Source: an uncultured Eubacteriales bacterium (lineage in GTDB: Bacteria > Bacillota > Clostridia > Christensenellales > CAG-917). From it: a stretch of DNA of 64,000 bases. Location of the stretch: the NCBI GenBank assembly GCA_900548005.1, contig URIZ01000001.1:214309-278308 (forward strand), read 5' to 3'. Positions 36,581-45,928 of the stretch are shown piece after piece. Both the position numbers and the translations under genes were made by a program. The notes beneath the pieces were generated by a model. The model worked only from the letters and a program-made list of their open reading frames with translations, was not told the origin of the DNA and made no database searches. Each line of letters opens with the position of its first letter. The stretch's first letter is position 1.

Positions 36581-37534
36581 ATGGTAGACTCCAAACATCA
36601 ATGGAAAGCGTGGCTTTATCTGTCGCCGGCGTTGATATTGCTTGCCGTATTTACGGTGTGGCCTATCATCAACACCTTGATTATGGCGTTTTCGGACGGC
36701 TACGGCATGTTGTCTGCTATTGCGGGCGTAAAATTTGAGTTCGGTGTTCAGAACTTCAAAGACGTCGTCGCATGGAACGGTTTCACAAGCGCACTTAAAA
36801 ACACCATATTGCTTTGCGTGTTGACAGTGCCCATTTCCACGATACTTGCTCTTTTGATTGCGGTTACGCTCAACTCAATCAAACCGCTCAGAAGATTGCT
36901 TCAAACCATCTATTTCCTGCCGTACGTGACCAACTCGATCGCAATAGGCATGGTTTTTGCGGCAATGTTCAACATCACGGGCAGCTTTATCGGCACGGAA
37001 GGCGAAATCGTATACACCGCGGGCATCATGAACAACATTATAGAGGCATTTGGCGGTACTCGTATCAACTGGATCAACGCAGGTTCGTCTTATTGGGCGA
37101 ACATGACGGTCATGGTTGTGTACATAGTGTGGAACGCGCTCCCGTTCAAGATACTTGTTTTGCTGGGCGGTTTGCAAAGCATAAACAATCAGTATTACGA
37201 TGCGGCGAAGGTTGACGGCACGTCAAAGGGCAGGGTGTTGAGAAAAATCACCGTTCCGCTCCTTTCACCGATGATAGCATACGTTGTCATCACGGGCTTT
37301 ATCGGCGGATTTAAGGAATATTCCAGCGTCGTCGGTATTTTCGGCGAAAAAATGGGACCTGTCGGCGATGCGGGCAGATTGAACACCATGGTCGGTTATA
37401 TATACGACAACGTTGCTGGACAGATGCCGAACAACCAGGGCAAGGCGGCAGCCGCGGCTCTGATATTGTTTGCAATCATCCTTGCCGTTACACTTATCAA
37501 CTTGCAAGTCAGCAAGAAGAAAGTGCACTATTGA
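36581..37534 (+). CDS. ABC transporter permease (CUT1, MalF/UgpA-like)
   Basis: Six TM helices and the EAA loop AAKVDGTSKGRVLRKITVPLLSP. Confidence 0.85.
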   Translation: MVDSKHQWKAWLYLSPALILLAVFTVWPIINTLIMAFSDGYGMLSAIAGVKFEFGVQNFKDVVAWNGFTSALKNTILLCVLTVPISTILALLIAVTLNSIKPLRRLLQTIYFLPYVTNSIAIGMVFAAMFNITGSFIGTEGEIVYTAGIMNNIIEAFGGTRINWINAGSSYWANMTVMVVYIVWNALPFKILVLLGGLQSINNQYYDAAKVDGTSKGRVLRKITVPLLSPMIAYVVITGFIGGFKEYSSVVGIFGEKMGPVGDAGRLNTMVGYIYDNVAGQMPNNQGKAAAAALILFAIILAVTLINLQVSKKKVHY

Positions 37535-37546
37535 TGGAGGTGTATC

Positions 37547-38431
37547 ATGGCTGAAAGAGTTATGCAAGAACAAAGCGTAAAAAACACCTACATTAGGCAA
37601 ACGACATTCAAAGTGATCGGATACATCGTCAAGTATGCATTCCTTATTCTTGTGGCGGTGGCAGTTCTGTTCCCATTCTACTGGATGATCATCTCCTCGC
37701 TCAAATCGCTTGAAGAATATCGTCAAAGCGTGCCGACGTTTTGGCCGCAACACGTGCTGTGGAGCAACTATGCAGAAGCGTTCACGCAAGCAAATTTGTG
37801 GAGATTGTTCGGAAACACAGTGTTTGTCGGCATCGTGTCCACGATACTGTCGCTTGTGATAACGATACTCGCGGCATTTGCGTTTGCAAGGCTTGAATTC
37901 AAGGGCAAAAACATTCTTTTTGCGGGCTTGCTTGCAACGATGATGATTCCGGGCGAGTTGTTTACGATCACCAACTATATCACCGTTTCAAAGATGGAGT
38001 TGACCAACACCTACACGGTTTTGATCATACCCTTCCTTGTTAGCGTGTTCTACATCTATCTGTTGAGACAATCGTTTTTGCAGATACCCAACGAGTTGTA
38101 CTATGCGGCGAAAGTGGACGGAACGAGCGACTTCAAATACTTGCTCAAAGTCATGATTCCGCTTGCGCTTCCCACCATCATCACGATCACGATTTTGAAG
38201 ATGATGGGCGCGTGGAACTCGTATATGTGGCCGCGCCTTGTTGCAAACGACGATGCGCACGCGCTTGTCACTTACGGCTTGAGAAACGCATTCCAAGACG
38301 TGTCGGGCGATGTGAACTATCCCGTGCAGATGGCGGCTGTTGCCGTGGTCTCGCTGCCGTTGTTCCTGGTGTTTGTTTTCTTCAGAAAATACATCATGAA
38401 AGGCGTGTCGAGAAGCGGTATCAAGGGCTAA
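37547..38431 (+). CDS. ABC transporter permease (CUT1, MalG/UgpE-like)
   Basis: Six TM helices and the EAA loop AAKVDGTSDFKYLLKVMIPLALP. Confidence 0.85.
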   Translation: MAERVMQEQSVKNTYIRQTTFKVIGYIVKYAFLILVAVAVLFPFYWMIISSLKSLEEYRQSVPTFWPQHVLWSNYAEAFTQANLWRLFGNTVFVGIVSTILSLVITILAAFAFARLEFKGKNILFAGLLATMMIPGELFTITNYITVSKMELTNTYTVLIIPFLVSVFYIYLLRQSFLQIPNELYYAAKVDGTSDFKYLLKVMIPLALPTIITITILKMMGAWNSYMWPRLVANDDAHALVTYGLRNAFQDVSGDVNYPVQMAAVAVVSLPLFLVFVFFRKYIMKGVSRSGIKG

Positions 38432-38542
38432 GAACAATTGCGGAAGCGCGCAAAAACGCGCTTCCCGAAAACAAGAAATCAAGCCGTGTGGCACTGCCAT
38501 ACTTTGATTATAACAATAATTTATTTATAAAGGAGAATCGTT

Positions 38543-39934
38543 ATGAAGAAAAAAGGTATAGCCATTATACTTTTGGTCGTAATCGTGATTGCATCGCTCA
38601 GCGTGTTTGCTGCGTGTGATAAGAAAGACGACGGAAAACTTCACATCACTTTTTATCACACTATGGGTTCAAACCTTTCGGACGTGCTCAACGAGTATAT
38701 CGCAAAGTTTGAAGCATTGTATCCCGAATACAAGGTAGACGCAAAGCAAGTCGGATCTTATGATGACGTCAGAAACCAAGTTTCTTCCGAAATCATGACC
38801 GGAAAACAACCAAACCTTGCATATTGCTATCCCGACCACGTCGCGCTTTACAACATTGCAGGTGCAGTGCAAACTCTCGACGATTATATCAACAGCACCG
38901 AGACCGTGACAAGAGCTGACGGCACAACCGAAACGCTTGGATTGACGGCGGCACAAAAGGAAGACTTCATCGAAGGTTACTACAACGAAGGTAAGCAATT
39001 CGGCGACGGATTGATGTATTCCATGCCTTTCTCCAAATCCACCGAAGTGCTTTACTACAACAAGACGTTCTTTGAGAAGAACAACTTGAAAGTGCCCACC
39101 ACTTGGGATGAAATGGAAGCAGTTTGCGCAGCAGTGAAAAAAATCAACAGCAAGATCATTCCGCTCGGTTATGACTCCGAATCCAACTGGTTCATCACCA
39201 TGTGCGAACAACTCGGCTCTCTGTACACTGCGGCGAATTCCGAAACAAAAGAAGGTCACTTCCTTTTCAACAATGACACAAACAAAGATTTCATGCTCAG
39301 ATTCGTGAAATGGTATAAAAACGGTTATGTGACCACGCAAGAACTCAACGGCGGTTACACCTCCGACTTGTTCAAGAAACAAGAAGCTGTGATGTGCATC
39401 GGTTCTTCCGCAGGCGCAAAACACCAAATTCCTGAAAAAGTCAACGACAAATATCCGTTTGAAGCAGGCATCACCAGCATCCCGCAAATCAATCCGTCAA
39501 ACCCGAAGGTTATCTCTCAAGGTCCGTCTGTGTGCATCTTCAGAAAGAAAAACACCGAAGAAGTGAAGGCATCCTGGCTCTTCCTCAAGTATTTGACCAC
39601 CAATGCAAGCTTCCAAGCTGACTTCTCCATCGCATCGGGCTACGTTCCGGTCATCAAGTCCGCAGCAGAAGATCCAGTGTACCAAGAACAAATGGCAGCA
39701 GCCAACGGCCACGAAGGACTTCCGCAACTTTCCGCAAAGGTCTGCATCGAGCAAGAACACGCATACTATGCATCTCCTGCATTCTACGGTTCTTCCAAAG
39801 CTCGTGACGAAGTTGGTTCTCTCATCCAAAAGTGCTTCACCGACTGCTCAAAGCTCACTGACGAAGCTCAAATCAAAGCAGCTATCAACGCCGCATTTGG
39901 TATTGCAATCTCCAACTGCGTACAAAGCCTGTAA
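38543..39934 (+). CDS. extracellular solute-binding lipoprotein (family 1, ligand unknown)
   Basis: Lipobox VFAAC-D and 463 aa. Overall resemblance to CUT1/UgpB-type binding proteins, and a position in the ABC operon. Confidence 0.8.
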   Translation: MKKKGIAIILLVVIVIASLSVFAACDKKDDGKLHITFYHTMGSNLSDVLNEYIAKFEALYPEYKVDAKQVGSYDDVRNQVSSEIMTGKQPNLAYCYPDHVALYNIAGAVQTLDDYINSTETVTRADGTTETLGLTAAQKEDFIEGYYNEGKQFGDGLMYSMPFSKSTEVLYYNKTFFEKNNLKVPTTWDEMEAVCAAVKKINSKIIPLGYDSESNWFITMCEQLGSLYTAANSETKEGHFLFNNDTNKDFMLRFVKWYKNGYVTTQELNGGYTSDLFKKQEAVMCIGSSAGAKHQIPEKVNDKYPFEAGITSIPQINPSNPKVISQGPSVCIFRKKNTEEVKASWLFLKYLTTNASFQADFSIASGYVPVIKSAAEDPVYQEQMAAANGHEGLPQLSAKVCIEQEHAYYASPAFYGSSKARDEVGSLIQKCFTDCSKLTDEAQIKAAINAAFGIAISNCVQSL

Positions 39935-40066
39935 ACAAAACGCAAACAAGGCGTATGAATTTTCATGCGCCTTGCACGCGTTGTAACGCTTTTTAGTCGC
40001 AAAAACGGCATCGACGTGATGTCGGCCATTGTCGCAAGGCACGCCTTGCGCGAAAATCTTATCGAA

Positions 40067-41383
40067 ATGAAAAGAAACGTACTTATAGTCTCAATAGTGT
40101 TTGTGTTGTGCGTTTTGTTGACGTGTTTTGTTGCATGCGGCGACAAAGACGGCGGCAAGATGGTGGACTATGTCTCTCAACTCAAACTGGACATGAACAG
40201 CACGTCGCTCAAGAAAGTCGTGACTATCAAAAACTATGTTGACGGCGATACGACTCACTTTTGGGCGGACGTAGATTCCACCGGTGTCGTGAAGGCAAGA
40301 TATCTTGCAATCAACACCCCCGAGTCGACGGGCAGAATCGAAGAATACGGCAAACAAGCGTCCAAGTTCACGAAAGATAAATTGAAAAACGCAACTTCCA
40401 TTCTCATCGAGTCTGACAACGACAAGTGGAACACCGACGCAAACGGCAGATATCTCGTTTGGGTGTGGTACAAGACGAGCGACGACGCAGAGTGGCGCAA
40501 TCTCAACATCGAGATTTTGCAAAACGGTCTTGCGATTGCATCCAACACGGCAGAGAACAGATACGGCACAATCGCTATGGCTGCGCTCAATCAAGCGCAA
40601 AATAATAAGCTGAAGGTTTTCTCCGGAGAGAAAGACCCCGAGATGTACTACGGCGAAGCACAAGAGATCACTCTCAAAGAGTTGAGATGCAACATCGAGT
40701 CGTACAGCAACGTCAAAGTCGCCTTTGAAGGCAACATAGTGCTTGACAGCGGCGGCTCCGTGTACATTGAAGAATACGATGAAGAGACGGGCATCTACTT
40801 TGGCATCTCCGTATACTACGGCACGGCAAATCTCAGCGCAACGGGCATGAAGATACTCACCAAGGGCAATCGCGTGCGCATTGTCGGATCTGTGCAATAC
40901 TATGAAACGGGTGATTTGTGGCAAATCTCCGGCTTGCAATACAAGCCCAGAGATCCCAAGAATCCCGACAACATCCAAAAGATCGAAGACGAGGGCGGAC
41001 ACGAGCCTGCATATCCGCTTGTGGATGCGGCAACCTTCCTTGGCAAGATCACCATTCAAGGCGATGATGAGGCAATCGAGATGGATTATGCCAACGCAAC
41101 GCTCAACACGTCCATTGCGATGAACGAGTTGACGGTGAAGAGCATCTACACCACGACTGCCGAGAGCAGCTCGTCTGTGGGCGCAATGACTTTCACTTGT
41201 CAGACCAAAGACGGCAAGACCGTTTATGTGCGCACAACCGTTCTCAAGGACGAAGACGGCAACACGATCACCAAAGACGCATATCTTGGCAAAACCATCA
41301 ACGTTAAGGGCTTTGTCGACAAGTTTGACGGTGATTATCAAATCAAGGTGTTCTCACCCAAAAACATTACCATCGTTGCATAA
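40067..41383 (+). CDS. thermonuclease (staphylococcal nuclease, SNase)-like lipoprotein with C-terminal OB-like modules
   Basis: Lipobox FVAC-G. The SNase-like region is VDGDTTHFW....VKARYLAINTPEST....YGKQASKFTK. Two downstream beta-rich modules end in GNRVRIVGSVQYY and INVKGFVDKFDGDYQIKV (OB-like). I chose the ATG at 40067 over the track start at 39965. Confidence 0.75.
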   Translation: MKRNVLIVSIVFVLCVLLTCFVACGDKDGGKMVDYVSQLKLDMNSTSLKKVVTIKNYVDGDTTHFWADVDSTGVVKARYLAINTPESTGRIEEYGKQASKFTKDKLKNATSILIESDNDKWNTDANGRYLVWVWYKTSDDAEWRNLNIEILQNGLAIASNTAENRYGTIAMAALNQAQNNKLKVFSGEKDPEMYYGEAQEITLKELRCNIESYSNVKVAFEGNIVLDSGGSVYIEEYDEETGIYFGISVYYGTANLSATGMKILTKGNRVRIVGSVQYYETGDLWQISGLQYKPRDPKNPDNIQKIEDEGGHEPAYPLVDAATFLGKITIQGDDEAIEMDYANATLNTSIAMNELTVKSIYTTTAESSSSVGAMTFTCQTKDGKTVYVRTTVLKDEDGNTITKDAYLGKTINVKGFVDKFDGDYQIKVFSPKNITIVA

Positions 41384-41429
41384 CGATGTCGATGTATAAA
41401 AACAAAAATCTTTATTAAGGAGAATAGCA

Positions 41430-44400
41430 ATGAAAAAACTATTAGCAGTTGCACTTGTATTGGTGCTGTGTTTATCAGTGGTTCTCGTAGCTTGCGACAA
41501 GAAGGGTGGCGGTGGAACGACAGATTCCAACAACCCTGTTGCAAAACTCGATGCGGCAGCTGACGCAGTCTACAAGTTGAACAAGGATAGTATCCCTTCA
41601 GAGACGACAAGCAGCTTTGATTTGTCAAAGGCGGTCCCGCTTGAAGGAATCTACTCATTCCCGATTGAATGGACTGTCAACACCGACAAGATCCAAATTG
41701 TCGACAAAGGAAACGGAACTCAAGTCACTGTCAAAATCCCTGAAAGATCACCTGAAGAGATTGTCTACACGTTGACTGCAACCGTCAAAGCAGACGATGG
41801 CTCTACAAAGTCTGTCACGTTTGAGCGCAAAGTCCCGCAATTTGTCGTGGCAACTTATGACGAATACATCGCGGCTTGCGAAGCAAAAGATGCAAACAAG
41901 ACTTACAATATCGTTGGATATGTTGTTGGCGTAAATGCAGACAAAGACTCATCTTCTGTCGGTAGTTTGTGGATCATGGACAAAGACGGACATGGATATT
42001 ATGCATATGCTCCGGTTGTTACCGATGCAGTGAAAGCTTCCAGAGAAACTATCAATGCAGAATTCCCGTTCGGCACTGAAGTTATTGTCAACGGCACTCT
42101 CACGCTTTATAACGGCGCATATGAATTCAACAAAGGCTGCACTGTCAAGAAGACCGGCCGTACAGCAGCACAAGATAACGTAACGCTTGATTATGTTGAT
42201 CGCACCGAAGCATTCGGCAGTATCGGACAAAATTATACCGATCCGTCTCTTGTTCCGTTCCAAGCAACCATGGCAAGCCTTACCGGCATCACGATGGGCA
42301 GAATCGATGGACTCAATCTCTACTTCACGATCGGCGAAAACGACAGAGAATTCATTTGCTACAACAATGTCTATCTCATGGATGATAAAACCATGGAAGC
42401 ATTCAAGGAAAAATGGATCCCCGGCGGAAAGGCAAACCTTAAAGGTATTGTAAACGTTTACAGTAGTAAATATCAAATTTATCCGAACAGCCTTGACTGC
42501 CTTGAAATCGTACAACAAACAGATGCAGAAAAAGTGGAAGGTGTCAAGAATGCATTGTCTCTCGAAGAAAAGTATTCTTCAAACTTCACGCTCCCGACCA
42601 GCACTTTGGTTAACGTAACTTGGACGGTTTCCGGCACCGGCGCAGTCATCGGTGAAAACAACCTTGTTACTATCACCCAAACGAACGAAGATCAACAAGT
42701 TGTGTTTACGGCAACCATCACCAGCGGTGATGTGACTGACACGAAAGTCTTCAACGTCACGATTTCAAGACTTGCAATTACGTTTATCAAGAAAGCTCTT
42801 GATGCTGCAGACGCACTTGCAGATAAGGCAACAACCCCGGATTCTTATATGCTTATCGGTACCGTAAAGGAAATCACCAGTTCATATAGCGAAGAATACA
42901 AGAACGTATCGTTCATACTCTCAGACGGTGTGTGGGACGTTCTCATCTATCGTTACAATCTTGACGATGCAGCAACAATCAAAGTCGGTGATTTCGTTTC
43001 TATCGCAGCTCCGATGAAGAAATTCGGAACGACGCTCGAAGCAGTTGCAACCTTTGTCAAAATGAATGTCACCGACATCGCAACTGCATACAAAGCTGCC
43101 AATGATGGCACAGGCGTTGACGGCACGATCGTTTATGGACAAATCGTGAAGATCGGCAGCGCATATAGCGATCAATTCAAGAACATCACCGTTACTATTT
43201 CCGATGGTACGACAGAAATGGATTGCTATCGCTTGGCAGGCGGCTCTGATCTTGCAGTTGGCGATTACATTCTCGTCACCGGTAAACCCGACAAATACAA
43301 AACCACTGTTCAATTTGCTCAAGGTGCAACTTACACTAAGTCTGCAATCTATGTCGCGCCGATTTGCGTGCACGTTGATGAGAATGCGGACGGAAAATGC
43401 GATCTTTGCGAAAAACAATTGAAGTTTGAAACTGCGGAAGAAACCGTCAATGCTGCATATGCACTTGCAGTTGGCGAATCTCTTCTCACTCAAACATTGA
43501 CTGGTACTATCAAATCGATTGATACAGCATACAGTGCCGATTTCAAAAATATCACTGTCACAATTCAAGTTGGCGAATTGGCAGACAAGACCATTTCTTG
43601 TTTCCGTTTGGCAGGTGGTGCAAACCTTGCAGTCGGAGATGTCATCACTGTCACAGGTACGCTTTTGAACAAAGATGGTAAAGTCCAATTTGATGCAAAA
43701 TCAACTTACGTTTTGTCGGATGCAAATATCATTGCAAAAGACAAGGCAGCTTTGTCCCTTGAAGAAAGCTATCACGCAAACTTCAACCTTTTGCTTGAAG
43801 GTGCAAACGGCTCTACGATCGTTTGGACGACAAAAGAAGCAACTGAAGTTGTTTCTATCGATCCGTCCACCGGTGTTGTGACGATCAATCCTGTTGATCC
43901 GAGCACCACAATCGTTCTTGTCGCAACCATCACCAAAGGTACAGAAAGCGATACAAGAGAATTCACAGTTAACATTTTGAAAGAAGCTCCGCAATACACC
44001 GTCAATTACAGTGCAGGTGAAAACGGAACTATAGCATCTGTCAAAGCAGGCGAAAAAGATGTCAAAACCGGCGACAAGGTCGTTGCTGACACCAAGCTCA
44101 CTGTCACCGTTGCTCCTGCAGATGGATTCAGACTTGCATCCGTCACCATCGGTGAAGGCGCAGCAGACACTTCCGTTGCAGGCAAGACTTCCTTTGAACT
44201 CACAATCACGGCAGACACCACTTTCGCAGTCGCATTTGCAGAAATCCCTGCGAATACAACTGTAACTGCAAAGTATACCGGAAGCACAACAACAAATATG
44301 GCGGCAGGTAAAAATAACGCATCAAAGATTGCTCTTGATGAAAGCGTGTTTAATGTTACTTCTGCAAAAACTGGGGGATCGATCGAAGTTGGTCTCAATA

Positions 44401-44651
44401 AAGATGGTACTATTAGACTTTACAAAGATGGTACTACTCCTTTGACAATTACCATTGCAGAAGGACATGAGATTGTTTCTATCAAGGTTACTTATGGCAA
44501 AGACAAAGGTGCTTTGGTTGTAACAAATGGTACTGATACAATCGCTGAGGAAAGTGGCGTTTATACAATTAATGGAAGGACGGTTGTGTTAAGCAATTCA
44601 AGTACTGATGCTCAATGCCATATTAAGTCGATTGAAATCATCTATAAATAA
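41430..44651 (+). CDS. large modular surface lipoprotein (repeated OB-like, Ig-like and InlB-B-repeat-like modules)
   Basis: Lipobox LVAC-D followed by a Gly-rich linker. Three related modules share Y-S-x-x-(Y/F)-K-N-(V/I)-(S/T)..(I/V)..DG...C-(Y/F)-RLAGG..LAVGD..VTG. Three short Ig-like modules share (I/V)-W-T-V/T...T-A-T-I-T. A YTVNYSAGENGTIASV module lies near the C-terminus. Confidence 0.7.
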   Translation: MKKLLAVALVLVLCLSVVLVACDKKGGGGTTDSNNPVAKLDAAADAVYKLNKDSIPSETTSSFDLSKAVPLEGIYSFPIEWTVNTDKIQIVDKGNGTQVTVKIPERSPEEIVYTLTATVKADDGSTKSVTFERKVPQFVVATYDEYIAACEAKDANKTYNIVGYVVGVNADKDSSSVGSLWIMDKDGHGYYAYAPVVTDAVKASRETINAEFPFGTEVIVNGTLTLYNGAYEFNKGCTVKKTGRTAAQDNVTLDYVDRTEAFGSIGQNYTDPSLVPFQATMASLTGITMGRIDGLNLYFTIGENDREFICYNNVYLMDDKTMEAFKEKWIPGGKANLKGIVNVYSSKYQIYPNSLDCLEIVQQTDAEKVEGVKNALSLEEKYSSNFTLPTSTLVNVTWTVSGTGAVIGENNLVTITQTNEDQQVVFTATITSGDVTDTKVFNVTISRLAITFIKKALDAADALADKATTPDSYMLIGTVKEITSSYSEEYKNVSFILSDGVWDVLIYRYNLDDAATIKVGDFVSIAAPMKKFGTTLEAVATFVKMNVTDIATAYKAANDGTGVDGTIVYGQIVKIGSAYSDQFKNITVTISDGTTEMDCYRLAGGSDLAVGDYILVTGKPDKYKTTVQFAQGATYTKSAIYVAPICVHVDENADGKCDLCEKQLKFETAEETVNAAYALAVGESLLTQTLTGTIKSIDTAYSADFKNITVTIQVGELADKTISCFRLAGGANLAVGDVITVTGTLLNKDGKVQFDAKSTYVLSDANIIAKDKAALSLEESYHANFNLLLEGANGSTIVWTTKEATEVVSIDPSTGVVTINPVDPSTTIVLVATITKGTESDTREFTVNILKEAPQYTVNYSAGENGTIASVKAGEKDVKTGDKVVADTKLTVTVAPADGFRLASVTIGEGAADTSVAGKTSFELTITADTTFAVAFAEIPANTTVTAKYTGSTTTNMAAGKNNASKIALDESVFNVTSAKTGGSIEVGLNKDGTIRLYKDGTTPLTITIAEGHEIVSIKVTYGKDKGALVVTNGTDTIAEESGVYTINGRTVVLSNSSTDAQCHIKSIEIIYK

Positions 44652-44697
44652 TCAATGTTGTTATTTTGAAACAACAAATTATCTAATTTAGGTAATA

Positions 44698-44730
44698 CAA
44701 AGCCCCGCAGAAATGCGGGGCTTTGGTTTT
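44698..44730 (+). terminator. rho-independent terminator ending the nuclease/ABC locus
   Basis: CAAAGCCCCGCA-GAAA-TGCGGGGCTTTG followed by GTTTT. Confidence 0.85.
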
Positions 44731-44770
44731 GTAAAAGTGTATTTTCAATTTGAATTTGCGTTTTTTCCAT

Positions 44771-44815
44771 GTCATTCAGAGCGCAAGCGAAGAATCTCGC
44801 GGAAGCGAAAAGGAA
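44771..44815. repeat. repeat family 3 module
   Basis: GTCATTCAGAGCGCAAGCGAAGAATCTCGCGGAAGCGAAAAGG closely matches the inverted module at 25409-25454. Confidence 0.75.
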
Positions 44816-44935
44816 AAGCAAATATGCGCCTGACGGCTGGATGTTTCGACAAGCTCAACATGACAGTATAAAATCAAGCAAAAAAAAGACACCATGCGCA
44901 ATGCGTGGTGTCTGTAAAATTGCGATGATTTTTGC

Positions 44936-45928
44936 TCACAGCCATTTCGTATTGGTTGATTTGAAGTCGCGCACCATTTGGTCGGCGTCAAGAAGCATTT
45001 GTTTCATCTCTTTCTTGCTGTGGACGGTTGCGCCGCAAGCGCGGTCGTGTCCGCCACCGTTGTATTTTTCGGCAAGGGCGTTGATGGTCATAAATCTCGA
45101 GCGCAGGCGCACGCGGATGCTGCCGTCCGTGTTCTCGATAAAGGCGAGCCAAGCTATGCTGCCTTTGATGCCGTCAAGATAGCTCACAACGTTGCTTGCT
45201 TGCTCGTTGGTGAGTGAAAACTTCTTTTGCATCTTCTTGTCCACGTAGATATACGCAACTCCGTTTTGCGTGACGCGCATCTTTTTGTAGACGTAGGATT
45301 CAAATTTGAGCACTTCAAACTCGTCGAGATTGAGATTGGCATACACCCATTCGGTGTCGATGCCTTGATCGAGCATAAGCCCTGCAAGGCGCATGGTTTC
45401 GCCGTTGACGCTGCTGTATTTGAATCTGCCCGTGTCCGTCACCATGCCGGTGAAGATGTAGGTTGCAGCCAGCGAGTCTATCACAAGCTCGCTCTTGAAC
45501 GTGTTGTAGAAGTCGGCAATCATTTCGCAAAGGGATGAGCGTTCTTCTTCCACCCATTTGATGTTGCCGTACTCGGTGCGGTCGCTCTCTATGTGGTGGT
45601 CGATCTTGACGATCTCTTTGCCGAGCGAAAACTTCTTGTTGGAGATACGGTCGGTGGTGGCGGTGTCGCACACGATGACGAGTGCGTCCTTGTATTCTTC
45701 GTCGCTTATGGGCTTGTCTTCGCCGCCCAAAAATGCGAGATAGTCCGAACTGTCTTCGTTGATGAGAAGCACTTTCTTTTGGGGATAGGTGAGCGCAAGG
45801 ATGCGTTGCAAGCCCTTTGTCGAGCCGATTGCGTCTCCGTCGGGGCGGAAGTGGCGCGTCAACACGATTGTGTCGTATGCCTTTATCTTGTCAAGGATTG
45901 CTTGTTTTGTTGCAAAATTGTCCGTCAT
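44936..45928 (-). CDS. nrnA: DHH/DHHA1 phosphoesterase (NrnA-like oligoribonuclease / pAp phosphatase), paralog 1
   Basis: Motifs DGDAIGS, VCDTAT, DHH (KIDHHIES) and GGGHDRACGA; 330 aa. Confidence 0.75.
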   Translation of the reverse strand: MTDNFATKQAILDKIKAYDTIVLTRHFRPDGDAIGSTKGLQRILALTYPQKKVLLINEDSSDYLAFLGGEDKPISDEEYKDALVIVCDTATTDRISNKKFSLGKEIVKIDHHIESDRTEYGNIKWVEEERSSLCEMIADFYNTFKSELVIDSLAATYIFTGMVTDTGRFKYSSVNGETMRLAGLMLDQGIDTEWVYANLNLDEFEVLKFESYVYKKMRVTQNGVAYIYVDKKMQKKFSLTNEQASNVVSYLDGIKGSIAWLAFIENTDGSIRVRLRSRFMTINALAEKYNGGGHDRACGATVHSKKEMKQMLLDADQMVRDFKSTNTKWL

